Shown here piece after piece: positions 11,900-25,178 of a stretch of 64,000 nt of DNA. Both the position numbers and the translations under genes were made by a program. Below the pieces are notes generated by a model. That model did not search any database, was not told the origin of the DNA, and saw only the letters and a program-made list of their open reading frames with translations. Every line of letters starts with the position of its first letter. Within the stretch, counting starts at the first letter, position 1. This DNA is from Octopus vulgaris (Eukaryota), in the NCBI GenBank assembly GCA_951406725.2, contig OX597817.1, positions 150,412,001-150,476,000 of the forward strand, written 5' to 3'.

Positions 11900-13070
11900 T
11901 GCTCTGGGTGTTACTGTGTGGTAATGTGAGTATAACATTCATCATTATGAGTATCTATGCCACAAATGTGAAGGTAATTGGCTTACAGCCAAGTATGTGT
12001 TTGACTGGTGTTTATTGACCTTAGTGGAAATGACAGGTGTTGTAATGTGTTGATAGTGCCTCCTGTATATGTGCATATGTGTGTCTATTACATGTATGAA
12101 TAAGCTTGGATTGTGTCTATGTATTTTGATTAGTGTGATTACGGTTGAGTCCAGAGAATGAGATAAGAGTGTGTGTGTGAAAGTCTGTTTTAATCCTGCA
12201 TTAAATACATGGGTAGAACAAGTGTTATTTTGTGTGTCGTGTTTTTTGGTTATCTTTGGGAGCATGATGGTCTGGATGTATAGATATGTCAAGTATGTGT
12301 GGGTGGGGTATAATGGTCAAGTCCATAAGGTGTGAAAGCTTGAGGAGTGAGAATGCATTCTAGCTCATGTTAGTAATGAGTCTGGTAAATTGTTGCATAG
12401 GGCAACATGAATCAGTTTGAGATATCAGCTTGAGTGATCTGCAGAACTTGGACAAAATTGGTAAGCAATGAAAGTGGGGGTGGAGTTCATAACACAGGCA
12501 AATGTCCCTGCAAGTGTTCAATGAAGCAGCCAGACAAATGTCATGCAGTCTGTTCAATATACAAGGAGTTGCAGCAGCAGAAGAATTTTAAAAAAATAAG
12601 AGGAATTGGTGCAGGAATCAATTATATGGAAAAAGTAATGATTGGCTCAGGTGGGAAAGTGGTGTTGGAGAAGAAAAGACAAGTACTGCAGGTGTTTTTT
12701 GCTTCCTTGTGTGTCTCTATCTTCCCATGAATTATTAAATTTCTTCATATTTGACCAATAAAAGAAGTTGTTATAACATTGTTTTTGCTAGACATGTATG
12801 CACATGTGACTTTGTTCTTTATAGTTGATAATTTTATGAAGCAGGAATTCTAGGTTGCCATGCTTACATTCCATTTTCAATAAAGACAGCATTGAGGTGT
12901 GTGTGTCAATGTTGAGAAATGTCCTGAGAATATCATGAAAGTTAACTTGTTGAGAAACTCAGCAAATACTGTTCTCTTCTGCTATAATCCATGCAACAAA
13001 CTCCCAGAAATAGATGTTGAGTAATTCTATCAAGGATTACCAAACAGTGCAATCTTGGCATATAAACTCT
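11900..13070 (-). mobile_element. Highly decayed Penelope-like element fragment
   Basis: Minus-strand LYIEQTA*HLSGCFIEHL near 12510-12565 is a GIY-YIG second-half motif; layout parallels 38010-39050. Confidence 0.55.
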
Positions 13071-13889
13071 TAGTGGAAAGTTTAATGCTCAGCTAAAGCC
13101 TATAAGTTCACTCTTCACTTTCAACAAAAATACAACAGAAATAGCAAGCACAGCAAGTTGCTATTAATGTTTCAGAACTGCGCAACATAATTCTCAGGAG
13201 ATCTTGTGGTTACAAAGTGAACTATTTAACTACTCAGCCTTCAATGTATATGTAAATCCACAGGTATATTTATATGGGAAGGTATATATATGTGTGTGTG
13301 TGTGGCTTAGTGGTTAGGGCATTCAGCTCACGACCAGGTTGTGCGTTCAATTGCTGGTGACACATTGTGTCCTTGAGCAAGACACTTTATTTCATATTGC
13401 TCCAGTGCACTCAGCTGGCAAAAATGAGTAGTACCTGTATTTCAAAGGAACAGCCTTGTCATAATCTGTTATGCTGGAACATTCATATGAAATCTCACTG
13501 GCGTAGTAAGAACTGCAAAGGCCATGGACTCTTGTCTCTTTTCTTCTCGATGGATCATTACCTTCATTTTAACATCCACTTCTCTATGCTTGCATGGTCC
13601 AGAAGGAATTCTTTTGAGTAGATTTTCTATGAACAGATGCCCTGCATGTCACCAACCCTCGCCCGTTTCCAAACTAGTTACTATTTCCTCATGGCCAGAT
13701 GCACTTTCACAGAAGACAAGAATCATGACATCACTAGTACGAGAGACACTAATTTACAACTGTGTATGTGAGAGAGAAAGAGTAAGCACCGCTGAAGTTT
13801 TCCCCCACCTTTTTGGAACTGCATTCTAATTAAAACAGTTAACCTATCACCATGCACAGATGTATGTCCATGTTGAGCTGTTTCATAAA

Positions 13890-14020
13890 AGAATGCAAAA
13901 TATCAATCTAGAAGATCCAGAAGAGTTGATAGAGTTTCAAATAAAGAGCTTATCTATTGAAGAGCTGCAGAAGATAGTACAGCAATGCATCCTGGAGACC
14001 TTACTGTAGAGCTTAGTAAC
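13890..14020 (+). mobile_element. Possible pogo/Tigger transposase C-terminal remnant
   Basis: Reads MQNINLEDPEELIEFQIKSLSIEELQKIV, similar to the acidic D-x-EEL...EEL tail of Tigger-type transposases; short and weak. Confidence 0.3.
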
Positions 14021-14614
14021 ACTGAATGACTTCTTACTACTGAATTCTTCAGGAACAGTATCACCAAGACTACAGAAGTCGTGAGCCAATTTACTGAGAA
14101 TGAGCCTAATTGGGAACACAATAAGGAACTGATCTGGGTATGATAGCCTGGTACTGTGAATTGCTTTGTGACGTAAGATTAAAGAAGTGCAGACTGCATT
14201 AGATGCATTTAAAAAAAAAATTATATGAAAGAACAATACTTTGGACCCTCACTTCAAATACAGCATCTATTCAATTTCACATTGCAGCTTTTCATCTGAA
14301 GTAATGAGTAGCCTTTGTATGGGTTCTACAATGCAAAAACTTCCTTTTAAAGTGCTCTAAATTTATAATTGCCATCAAAATTTCAGGTTAATTTATGTTC
14401 CAATCACCAGCTTAATAATGAAGTTATTTTAACTAATTTCATCAATATTTTCAAAATTTATTGCAACAAAGGTAACATTTTACAACAAAAATATGGGAAC
14501 AAAAGGGTTAAGATTAAATCACCTTTGTTTGAGCTCATATCACTGTTAAAGATAGTCCTATCTCTAGCTATGCTATGTTAAAAGGATCCTATATAGCACT
14601 GTTTTGTTCAATAT

Positions 14615-14955
14615 TCTTTTATTTGTTTTAGTCATTTGACTGTGGCCATGCTGGAGCACCACCTTTAGTCAAGCAAATCGACCCCAGTACTTATTCTATC
14701 GGTCTCTATAGCCGAACCGCTAAGTTATGGGAATGTAAACACACCAGCATTGGTTGGCAAGGGATGTTGGAGGGACAAACACATACGTATACATGACGGG
14801 CTTCTTTCAGTTTCCGTCTACCAAATCCATTCACAAGGCTTTGGTCGGCCCGAGGCTATAGCAAAAGACACTTGTTCAAGGTGACATGCAGTGGGACTGA
14901 ACCCAGAACCATGTGTTTGGGAAGAAAGCTACTTAACACACAGCCACTCCTGCAC
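14615..14955 (-). mobile_element. CORE-type tRNA-SINE
   Basis: Reverse-complement match to 8437-8833 with small internal deletions. Confidence 0.85.
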
Positions 14956-15187
14956 CTTAGTGCTTCATCTTTTTTTTTTATTTTTATTTTAGGAATGCCA
15001 ATTGCATCCAGAAATACTAATTTCATTCAAAAGCCTGGCCAAAATAACTTCATTCATACACCCAACAAGTGATCATGTCTATGAGACAGATGAATATGCA
15101 ATAACATTAACCTGTAATTTATTTAAGCTGCAGAAGGCAAATTATGTGGTAATTGTATCTGCATACATTCTTTCTTAAGCACTTTAA

Positions 15188-15789
15188 CCCTTTCATTACC
15201 AAACCGCCCAAAGCCGCCAGAAAAAAATTTTGGTTAATGTGACCAAACCGCCCAAACCCGCCCGTATTTATCTATTCATATTTAAATGAGAATATCAGAG
15301 CAAATCTCTTTAGTACATTCGTGAAAACACATGATTATACTTCATAAACAGTTCATCTACAGTTTTGTACAACGATCGAAGTGTAATTTTAATTCCGTGA
15401 ATTTTCGGAGATTTTTTTCTGAAATTTGTAATTCTGACAAAAAAATGGATACGAATTTCATTATATCAAGCAGCGAGTCAGAATTCGAAGGATTTTCTAC
15501 TGAAGACCTTAATAAATCTAACTCTATGACTGAAAAAAAAAAGCATGTGGTATTTGATAATGAATCTGATGTTTCATTTTCCGAAAGTGAAACAGTGAAT
15601 CCGAGAGCACCGACAGCGATAAAGAAAATGAATTGGCACCTGAATGGAATGAAAATTTAAAAACTGTTTCTTTCGGTGATTTTTCTGAAGAAACTGGACC
15701 AAGCCACAGACTTTCCCAGTAGAGTAAAGCCTTAGACTATTTCTTTTTACTTTTTCGAATGAGCCTATTTGAAATCATTTCAAATGAAA
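15188..15789 (+). mobile_element. piggyBac left end with truncated transposase N-terminus
   Basis: TTAA|CCCTTTCATTACC terminus, subterminal repeats accaaaccgcccaaa, acidic MDTNFIISSSESEFEGFS..., then after a frameshift WNENLKTVSFGDFSEETGPSHRLSQ*SKALDYFFLLF, typical of piggyBac/PGBD N-termini; CpGs retained. Confidence 0.85.
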
Positions 15790-16604
15790 AACTTTCACTA
15801 TCATAATGTAAGAAACTTTTGTTAAACTTTTAATCCAAATACCTGTATCCATTTATGCTCATACTGACTTGTTTGGAATACTAATATATTGTTGGCCATA
15901 TGGATCATAAAATATTTGTTTCAAATTGGAAAACTGATAGGCTCACTATTCTTTGTTTAACCCCAAATAAACCCTGATTAAAGGCATTTGAGCTAAGCCT
16001 TCTCAGTCCTTTTAGCTATATCTAGGATTACATTGGCCAAGGTTTCCCGACAGAAGTGCAAAACACAGATTGGATACAGTTACCTGTTTTATGAGTAGAA
16101 ACTAACAGTAAAACAGCCAGCAACTTATATTAGGATGGAAAAACAATATTAAGGACACAGGCATGGTTGTGTGTTTTAGAAATATTCTTTGCATCTATGA
16201 GGTTCCAGGTTCAATTTGACTGCACGGTATCTTGGACAAGTAAGACTGGTAGCTGGAAATTGCAGAAGCCCATTCTATACATATGTATACAAGTAAAAGA
16301 TGGAAATATTATCAAGGAAACCAATGACTAAGTGTTCTTTGTAAGAAGTCTCTTACAATATTTGTTCTGTGTCCAGTTTAACATTTTCTTATTACATCAT
16401 TGTGACTGGTCTGTTGGAAACCAGTAACTAGCAACATTATTTTCACAAACCGTGATATCAATATAAAAAAATATTCCACTGGATTCATAACAGATCACAT
16501 TTCAGACAGGGAAATTATGGATTCTAAAAGTACAGTTTATTTTTGTAAGCAGAATTGGTAAGAGCATTAAGTTGGCCTTATATTTTCAAAAATCTAGTGC
16601 TTAA

Positions 16605-16753
16605 CACTTTTGTTATTTAATTTCTATTGAAATGCCCTACTTTTATTTCAATTAATTTTGAAAACACTAAATTCAGTAAATAACTTCGATAGTTGTAATT
16701 TAAATCACTTAAAAAAAAGAAAAGGAGTTCCAGGTGAGTTGGAATCAAAAGGG
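16605..16753. mobile_element. Decayed TTAA MITE (piggyBac-type)
   Basis: TTAA|CACTTTTGTTA ... AATCAAAAGGG|TTAA. Confidence 0.55.
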
Positions 16754-16769
16754 TTAATTTCTGTCATTA

Positions 16770-17075
16770 TTATCATCACTTTAATGTCTGCTTTACTATA
16801 CTAGCATAGGTTGGACAGAATCTGTTAAGGCGGATTTTCTACAGCCGGATGCCCTTCCTGTTGCCAATCCTCATGTTTCCAAGTAATATTCCCCCATGGC
16901 CAGATGTATCACAGAAGATTGGAAACAAAGGACACTGCTTGACTAACAGTGACACTCATTTACAATTTTCACAATGTCAAGGCAGGTTTTTGTCTATCAA
17001 ATCCACTCACAATTAGACTGAGCCTAAAACCATGTGGTTGGGAAGCAAACTTCTTACCACACCACCAAACCTGCA
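16770..17075 (-). mobile_element. SINE with CORE-type head and RTE-type tail (similar copies about 5975-6260, 24510-24860, 30690-31055, 63255-63495)
   Basis: Plus strand shows catcactttaatgtc...ctacagccggatgcccttcc (RTE tail reversed) then aaatccactcacaa...cttcttaccacac (CORE-SINE head reversed). Confidence 0.65.
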
Positions 17076-18672
17076 TGTAATAGCTACATAATGTTCAGTT
17101 GAGATATTGACATTGATCTCTTTGTTAAATACCTAAGCTGATATCAACATTGACTTTTAGAACCTTATTTTTTCTTTTATATTGGATTCTAGCAGGAATT
17201 TGTAGATCAAAACAGTGCTACTTAAAATGTGACGTATGAAGCTAACATTGTTAATCTGTGAGATTAAATTTTCAAAGTTATTTCATGATAAAAATAGTGC
17301 AAAGAATATTAAGATAAATACATTAAGCCATTTTAAGCTTTTTGATAATGATCCACTTGAGAGTGCCTCAGTTTGTATGTTTCAAAAAAACTTATTGTAA
17401 AATGTGTTTATTCAAATGTAAAAACTTTCACTATCATAATATAAGAAACTTTTGTTAAACTTTTAATCCAAATACCTGCTTAATAATGAAAAATAATCTG
17501 TCTAAATTGCTGATTATTTCTAAAATTAATTGAAATATATAGGCTGTGTAATTTCATTACAAATATAGTCATAAAAGGTTGATTCAAGCATAAATGTCAC
17601 ACAACAAAAACTATCCTTGTAAGGGTAGTTTTTGTTGTGACTACAAACACCACATTGAAAATATTAAAGCGTAACTAATTGATTGTTATATCAAAATACA
17701 ATGTCAACATCTCAATCTGGTTTTAATTGTCTCTAAAACACTATAAAAAAATAGTTATAGAATTCTTTGTATTTCAAATGATTGTCAAATTGTCAACTAG
17801 GTAATTTAACACTGGTTTCATTACCCCACCCCCCACTCATGAGAGCACGAATGTTCGAATAATGAAATTATTTATAATTACATTGTCCATTACAAAATAC
17901 CTCATAGTAAAATCTCAAAACAAGTATCAGATATTACAACAGTCCTATGCTTCTCACAAATTTAATTTGCATATTTCCAATTGGATTAGCTTTCTTATTT
18001 CTTAAAGCTACTTAGAATTTAATGGCAAGTGTGTTATGGACGATTTAGTTAATATATTTGAACAGAATAATCTGTACTGAGGCACATTATTTTTATTTAG
18101 GACATGAACACCACAAAATCATATGACACAGTTTGGCATTAGGAAGAGAATTCAACTATGAAAAACTCTTTCCAACCAATCATACTTATGTACAAAGTTA
18201 CCACTCTATAACTCTATATATGGAAGTTGAAATTTACAAGAGCAAACTTTATCAAACAATTGCACAATGTTTTAGCTGCATTTCTAAACTAAGGAGTCAA
18301 GAGGTTAGTGCATCACAAAAGCATGGAGAAACAGCTCCAGATAATGACAATATTCAGAATAAAGTTGCACAAGCTTCGGTAAAGTGTGAAAGTAATTTCA
18401 ATAAGAAAAAAAAATATCAGGAAAATAAAAGGTTTAATTTTGAAATACAAAATGTAATGCAAAAATAGTCAGGAAGAAATCAAACCATAAATGTCATTTA
18501 TCTGCAAGTTAACCATTCAAAGGATCTTCATGCAATGTTATTTAATACTTAAGTTTTCAATTCACCAAGAACATTCTTGTCTGTTTTCTGATCAGAAAGA
18601 ATTTCAAATCTGCTGAATAGTTTAGGTCCTACATAAATGGCATTGCAGACAAAACACCTCAAAACCACTTAA

Positions 18673-18877
18673 CCCTTTTGATACCAACCTGCAAGAGATC
18701 ACCCTTGATTCTGTGACACAAAATTAATACTTTAAAATGAAAACCTTAGAATTTTTACGCTACTTTATGTTTCAAATACCAGCTTTAATAATGACAGTTA
18801 TTCTAAATTCTTCAATATTTTAAAATTTATTTGAAATAAATACAGTGTATTTCAAAGAAAATATGTGAACAAAAGGG
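18673..18877. mobile_element. TTAA MITE (piggyBac-type), diverged
   Basis: TTAA|CCCTTTTGATACC ... AACAAAAGGG|CTAA; a partial relative ends at 14507. Confidence 0.7.
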
Positions 18878-20053
18878 CTAATTCACTGCTTGCTTTACAT
18901 CCCTCCAACTCCACCCTATACACTTGCAGCAAATCCACTTTCACTAATCCTTACTTGCGTTCACACTTCAATCAGATACAGAAATATTTTAGTTATAATA
19001 AAAAAAGCAAATAAATAGGATCAGCCATCCTAAACAGATCACTCAATTATTTTCTCTGTACACTCATTATGCGAAATGGGTATTTATTCAAAGATACTGA
19101 TATATCACTGCACATTTCCAATTCTTCCCAAAAGAGAATTTGATTCTGCCAACTAGCAGATTGTTTCAGTTTTCTAACATCTCAATGTTGATGAAAATAT
19201 CTTCTTCACTAACTTCAATTTCTTTCCACTAAGTTTACACAGCCCATGGGTTTAACTCATTTAGATAAGAAACTCCCTTAAAGTACATCAAACCTCTCAC
19301 CTTCGACTGACTATATCGCTTACATTCCTACTCATTGCAGAAATCGCTAATCTATATACCACCTTCTCATTCTACATAATTACAATACATGTCACCAGAT
19401 ATAAATATCCTCTATGAAGAGAGACCTTGAGAACATGTTGCATTACAATGTTAACACTTTTTTTCTTTCTTTCTTTTTTCTTTTTTACACACCAGCACTG
19501 CAAAATAATCCTCTCTTCTCACAACACAGCTAAAATCTTTATAATCTCAACAAATTACAGGCCTTTACAATCGATGACCTTTATGGCAACCAACCACAAG
19601 ATATAACAATATTTGCAATTATAAAGGAATCATTTTCTCTGCAACTATGGAAAATATATTATCCTTGTGTAGCTGACTCTAAAATACTGCTCATATTGAG
19701 TCAATGAATTATTCAACATGAATATACACTTTTTTTCTTCCACTACTAAAACTTACCAGCAATATAACTTAATTTAACCCTCTCCATCACAACTACCTTT
19801 TATGTTACCATATTTCAGGGCATACAAAATGCACTTTTGTTCAAAAAAAAAATCACCCTAGGACCTATCTATACATGAAGTTGGACCTCCCATAAGGTAA
19901 TTTTTGCCCAAATTGAACTAAAAAACCCTGAATATGAGCAGCTGAATATGCCTGTGTCTTATGTCATCAAATACAGTATATGTGTGAATGTGTGTGTGTA
20001 TGTGACCTCGTGTGTACCGTTGGCGATTTTTTTTCATCTGTCTTCCCTTCTAT

Positions 20054-20088
20054 GTTTCCGACGAAGAGCTCCGCTCGAAACGTTAAAC
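20054..20088 (+). ncRNA. Minimal hammerhead-ribozyme-like motif within a short Penelope-type terminal fragment (about 20000-20200)
   Basis: GTTT-CCGACGAA-GAGC tcc GCTC-GAAA-CG-TT-AAAC: stems I and II perfect, palindromic ACGT stem III, core CCGA instead of CUGA. Confidence 0.6.
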
Positions 20089-20173
20089 CCTCCTTCTTTC
20101 CTGAGTATCCAATAATACTATATTTGTTCCACGTCCTCGTGTTGTGTTTGTTTTTGTGGTTTCTTGTTTGGAT

Positions 20174-20209
<36 letters not shown>

Positions 20210-20779
20210 CTGGCATTAAACATTCCCCTGGAACTTGTTTCCTATTTTTGCTCTTCACAGATTAAAATTCCAAACTGGAACATAATCTTTAACATATTAA
20301 CCTCACCCCAATGTTTATAAACCCCTACTCTGAGAGGAACTTTCACCTTAAATTAAAAACAAAAGAAGGCACTACTAAGCTGTTCCTAGTCTACTGCTTC
20401 TGTTCCTACTTATTACAGAACAAGTCAAATGCATATTCTCTCCTTTCATATAACTAAACTGCAACAATCCAAAATGATTATTATCCATATAACCAATTAA
20501 AATTTATCTTGAATAAAAAAAAAAGTGTGAATGCCTGCAACAACTACTGACCTCATGGTCATGTTTTCAAACCTCATTAACCATATCAAATGGTGCTCCA
20601 GGACAAAATATCTATATCTGGCTGCTTCAGTAGCCTTTTCTCCTACTTCATAGTTGAAATGATTAGCTATAACAAGGCCAACCAATTATTTACAATTATG
20701 TAATTTTGCAAAATCCCATGCAACAAATTATGATGGAAAGTAATTTTTAAAAGAAATTACACATTTACAGCTAAATCTT

Positions 20780-21290
20780 TGGAATATTCATTTGATATTG
20801 CTTGCATGGCCCTCTCAACTTCTGAAGGAGCCATCAAAACATACAGTACACCAGTTTTCGCAATCATCGTCATCTGCCAGAAATCCAGTCTTTGCTGATT
20901 TGCCTGTCCATCTCTTTTTTCTCCATAGTTCCTTCAAGAATGATCTTTGCATAGCCAAGCTATTTTGTCTTTCTTTGGTCTAGTATGATGATGGTTGGTT
21001 ATGGACCCAGAGTTTGTTACTCTGCAAATGTCCAGGTTTTGTATGCATAGAGAGTAATGGAAAACACTAGTGCATGCAGGAAGCACAACTGCTTTTCATC
21101 GTGACATCCCTATCTCTACAAGTCCACTCAAGTTTGGTTAATGCAGTCATTGTCTGTACAATTCTCGTAAGGATTTTAGGTTTTGATCTTTTATCGTTAG
21201 TAAAGTGTTTTGCGGTATTTGAACTGTCCCAAACAAGGACAGAAATCAATAGCTTCTTTGCTCAGAAACTTCAAATGAAAAGGTATCATT
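20780..21290 (-). mobile_element. Decayed LINE 3' region (RTE-like)
   Basis: Translation SKPKILTRIVQTMTALTKLEWTCRDRDVTMKS resembles the post-RT region of RTE ORFs. Confidence 0.5.
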
Positions 21291-22689
21291 AGTACTTGTT
21301 ATAAATGTGATTTTGTGATCTTTCATTTTTTTACTTTTTCAGTCATTAGACTGCAGTCATGCTGGGGCACTGCCTTATAGCACAGATTTCCCTCATATAG
21401 TTAACAGAGATTTTGTCAAACCAGTTCATCAATCATCATCATTTAACATCCATTAAATATCATCAGTAAATCTTAAATTTGTGATATTCCTCCCTCAAAT
21501 GTCTTCAAAGGCATTGCTCATGATCTGATTCTGAAAGATGAAGAGTGGGGAGAAGAGGCAGTACTGATGCACCTCTACAGTGGTATGGAACCAATCTTCT
21601 AGTTGTGCTTTGGAGTAAAACTATGAGGCAGCTTAACCCATGTTGAATTTGTTGTAACCCATACAGCATCATGGTTTAGAACAGATAGAAAATCAACACT
21701 ATGCAATTGTACCTGTAACACACACATCTAGGATAAGAACATGTCCCCTGGAATACTTAAGTTTAGTGACATATCTCTAAACTTAATCAAGACATTTACA
21801 GAACTTTACACCTTATACCTAAAGAACAGGTTTCGATACTCCCAACAAAGGTAACAGTTCTATAAATCTCATCCATCTTCTATGTACCTTAGTCACTTAG
21901 TTTCACCCTCACTATGTCACTAAGTACAAAGAAAGCTTTACGTAGTTGCTTAATCTGCTATATATAATAATCAAAATCCCTTAAATCACAACCTACCAGC
22001 TTAGGCATAAAGAAAGGTTACATTAATCTTACATCTAAGATGAATGGTTATGGCTGGGATGCTCAATCAAATTCAACATAGGGTCTAACAATTTACCTGC
22101 AAATTCAAGATATTTCTCAGTCTACAATATTTAAATAAGAATTGAACTGCTATTACTACTTTATCCTTTTATGCTCATTGAATTAAAAACGATCTTAAAA
22201 GTGCATTTTCCTTTTGTGGCTTTTAAATGTACTCTATAACAATTTACATATATTTTAAAAACCTAAATTAAACAATTATTTAAAATTTAGCTTTTTTTTT
22301 TCTCTTAAAACCAAGACACTGATTAGATTAAATTACCACATACAATTATCATGAAAAACTTACCAATGTAAATTTAATGCACATGTGCATAAATTGTTAA
22401 AACAATGAAATTAGTATTATGAAGTTGTGCTTGACAATCTGCTGCAGAAAGACCTAGATGCTATATGCCATATATAAATGAGCTGAATAAAAGAACATGC
22501 AATTCTAAGCCCTCCACTATAAGCAAGCTTGTGCTAACTTCCACAAAGACACTTCAGATCCAAAGGAACAGCAAGAGTCAAGCATGGTTTGTTATCTGAG
22601 GAGTGATATGAGCAACACCTCGTTTTACATGATGGTGATAATATGCAGGCAAATGGCCAGATGGATTGAGAACTTTCAGAACAAGGGAC

Positions 22690-23300
22690 CAGGAAACTAT
22701 GCTGGTTCTATGGAGGGCATTTGTCTTCAACCATCTTGACTACTGCTCTCAACTGTGGTCAAATTAATAACAGGATGTGAGGCAGGATGATTGCATCAAT
22801 AGAACAGCTGAGCAACTGGGAGAGACTGAAAGAGTTATGGCTCAACTCATTGGAGAAAAGATAGGAGAGACACACAGTGATATATGTAAGGAAGATCCTT
22901 GAAGGGTTGACATTAAACTTTGGCATCGAGAGCTATACCAACCTTCAAAATGGACATTACACTGTTTCGAAGGTCTCAGCCACCCTGTCGAGAGTGAGGA
23001 CAATGTACTGCAATAGCTTGGAATTCAAGAGTTCACGGCTATTTAATACCTTGCCAAATACATCTGAGAGGCTCTACATGGAGTAGGAGTAGATATTTTC
23101 AAGAAACAATTTGATTTTCTGCTGTCCAAGGTCCCAGATGAACCTACATCACAGCAAGAAACTCAGAGAGGACAACAATATCAAATTCCTTCTTTTACCA
23201 AAAACCAATCACATAAGAATGGCCATTGAAAATGGTAATAACACTGGTGGTGCCACAACATGGTCACAGCCTTTAGGCTGAAACACACAAAAGAATAAGA
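22690..23300 (+). mobile_element. CR1/L2-group LINE 3' end
   Basis: WERLKELWLNSLEKR...IYVRKILEGL...SSRLFNTLP and a KKQFDFLLSKVPDEP stretch are typical CR1-group C-terminal motifs; ends ...GCTGAAACACACAAAAGAATAAGA. Confidence 0.75.
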
Positions 23301-25178
23301 TAGTTTGAAATTTACAAGACAATAAATCTTGATTCAATTAGCAATCATTTTCCATAAATCAGGGACTGATGTCCAGCCGATCAGCTTGCAATCAGGCAAC
23401 CAAACCAGTGTTATATCATACCTTAGGGTAAAGGCATGCATGTCTGAAAAGATTCAGTTAGGTGCAACAGTCTCACAATTTCCTGAAAGCTTAGTGTTGG
23501 TTGGCAGTGCTATGATTTTAATCACACACACTCCTGTGCAGATAATTTGACTATTTACTCTGAACAATATTCTTCACTGGCATCAATGACACATCTCACC
23601 AAAAATGTACAAACTCTGATGCAAATATCCAATGAATCCATGACCATCTAGTCTAATTCAACAGCTTCAACATCTTCATTACTCACAAAATTAAACTGGC
23701 TGATGATCTTTCATGACAATCAAACATTACACATTTTCTCAGGATCAGAAATATTTTCTGATATTCTACAACCCAAAATACCGCTCTTATATCTGTCACA
23801 ATGCAACTTAAAAAATTATCATACCCCGTCACTTCTACCAACTCTACTACAGTTCCTGTTCCTTTGAATTTACTAATGCACCTATCTTTCCTCTTTACAG
23901 TATGTCACTGCACCCCAAAAGTCATCACAATCCTTCTTTAAGAAATCTCCCACCAGGGATCAACCAGTTAAAGTTCAAACTGAATAATTCTACATTGATA
24001 TTTCCCATCTAGGAATACCAACAACGTTTGTGATTACTCCTCAGAATAAATATAATGCATTCAACTCAATAGCTTGAGTATTCACAGAACAAAAGCTATG
24101 ATACTCAGCAATAAATTATTGATGTATAGTGATGGAATCAAAGAAGAGGATAGAAAACGTTTAAGTATTATTGTTGACTAAAACAAAATACCATATTTTC
24201 TGGCACACAAGCAAAATTTTTCAGATAAAAATTTAGACAAAAATGGTAGGTTGATTTATACACCAAGATGACTTTAGAGGACCAAAAATCCCATGTGAGA
24301 TGCAGCAGGATTTCGAAAGATGGTGACAATGTTTGAATGCTTAGTTCCATTGATAGTCTACATGTAGGCTATACAGAGCATAAGGTAAAAATGAGAATTT
24401 GAGGAAACTGGAGGTAGTCTCTTTAGGTAACAATTAGTCCATAGGTAAGTTCAGAGAAGAGTTTAATAATTTCATTACAAATAACTTATCTAACTCTTCT
24501 ATAAACTCTTATCATGATCATCTTTTTAACATTCACTCTTCCATCTGTGCATAAGTCAAAAGGAATTCATTGAGATAAATGTACTTATGACCAGATGCCC
24601 TTCCTATTGCCAACCCTTGACCAGATACATTTCCATAGAAGACCGGAAATGAACAACACTGCTTGTATGACAGTGATGCTCATTTACAACTATCACATGA
24701 TGTCAAAGAGACACAAAATGCATGCATGCACACACATTGGGCTTCTTTTAGTTTCCATCTCCAAATCCACTCACAAGGCTTTACATAACCCAAGATTGGT
24801 GGGGCTGAAGCTGAAACCATGTGGTTAGGAAGCAAACTTCTTAATCATGCAGTCATGCTTGTGAAGCTGTGGTCCGCACATTCTTGTTAGAGGCTAGTAA
24901 GCCCAAATAAGAATTGACTGGATTGTAACAAACTGGCCATCCAATGCCAGTGCAGAAAGCAGATGTAAAAAGGGTGATGATGATGATGATGTATCAATGA
25001 ATCATGGGTAGTGAAATGGCATCTACTAAGATTGGACTTATGTGGATTTGAAATATTAAACTTGCTAGAAAGGTTTTGTGCGAGGTGATCATGGAACTGG
25101 TCAGCAAAGACCTTTGCAAATTATGCAGGAAAGGAGTTAATACAGACAAAAAATATGAATGGATGACTGCATGAAGTG

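Noticed and set aside
15331-15660. 109-aa ORF as a domesticated PGBD gene
   Set aside because: Frameshift, in-frame stop and truncation before the catalytic domain, with the TIR still attached.
18133-18468. 111-aa plus-strand ORF
   Set aside because: No recognisable motif or splice context; TTG start in AT-rich intronic DNA.
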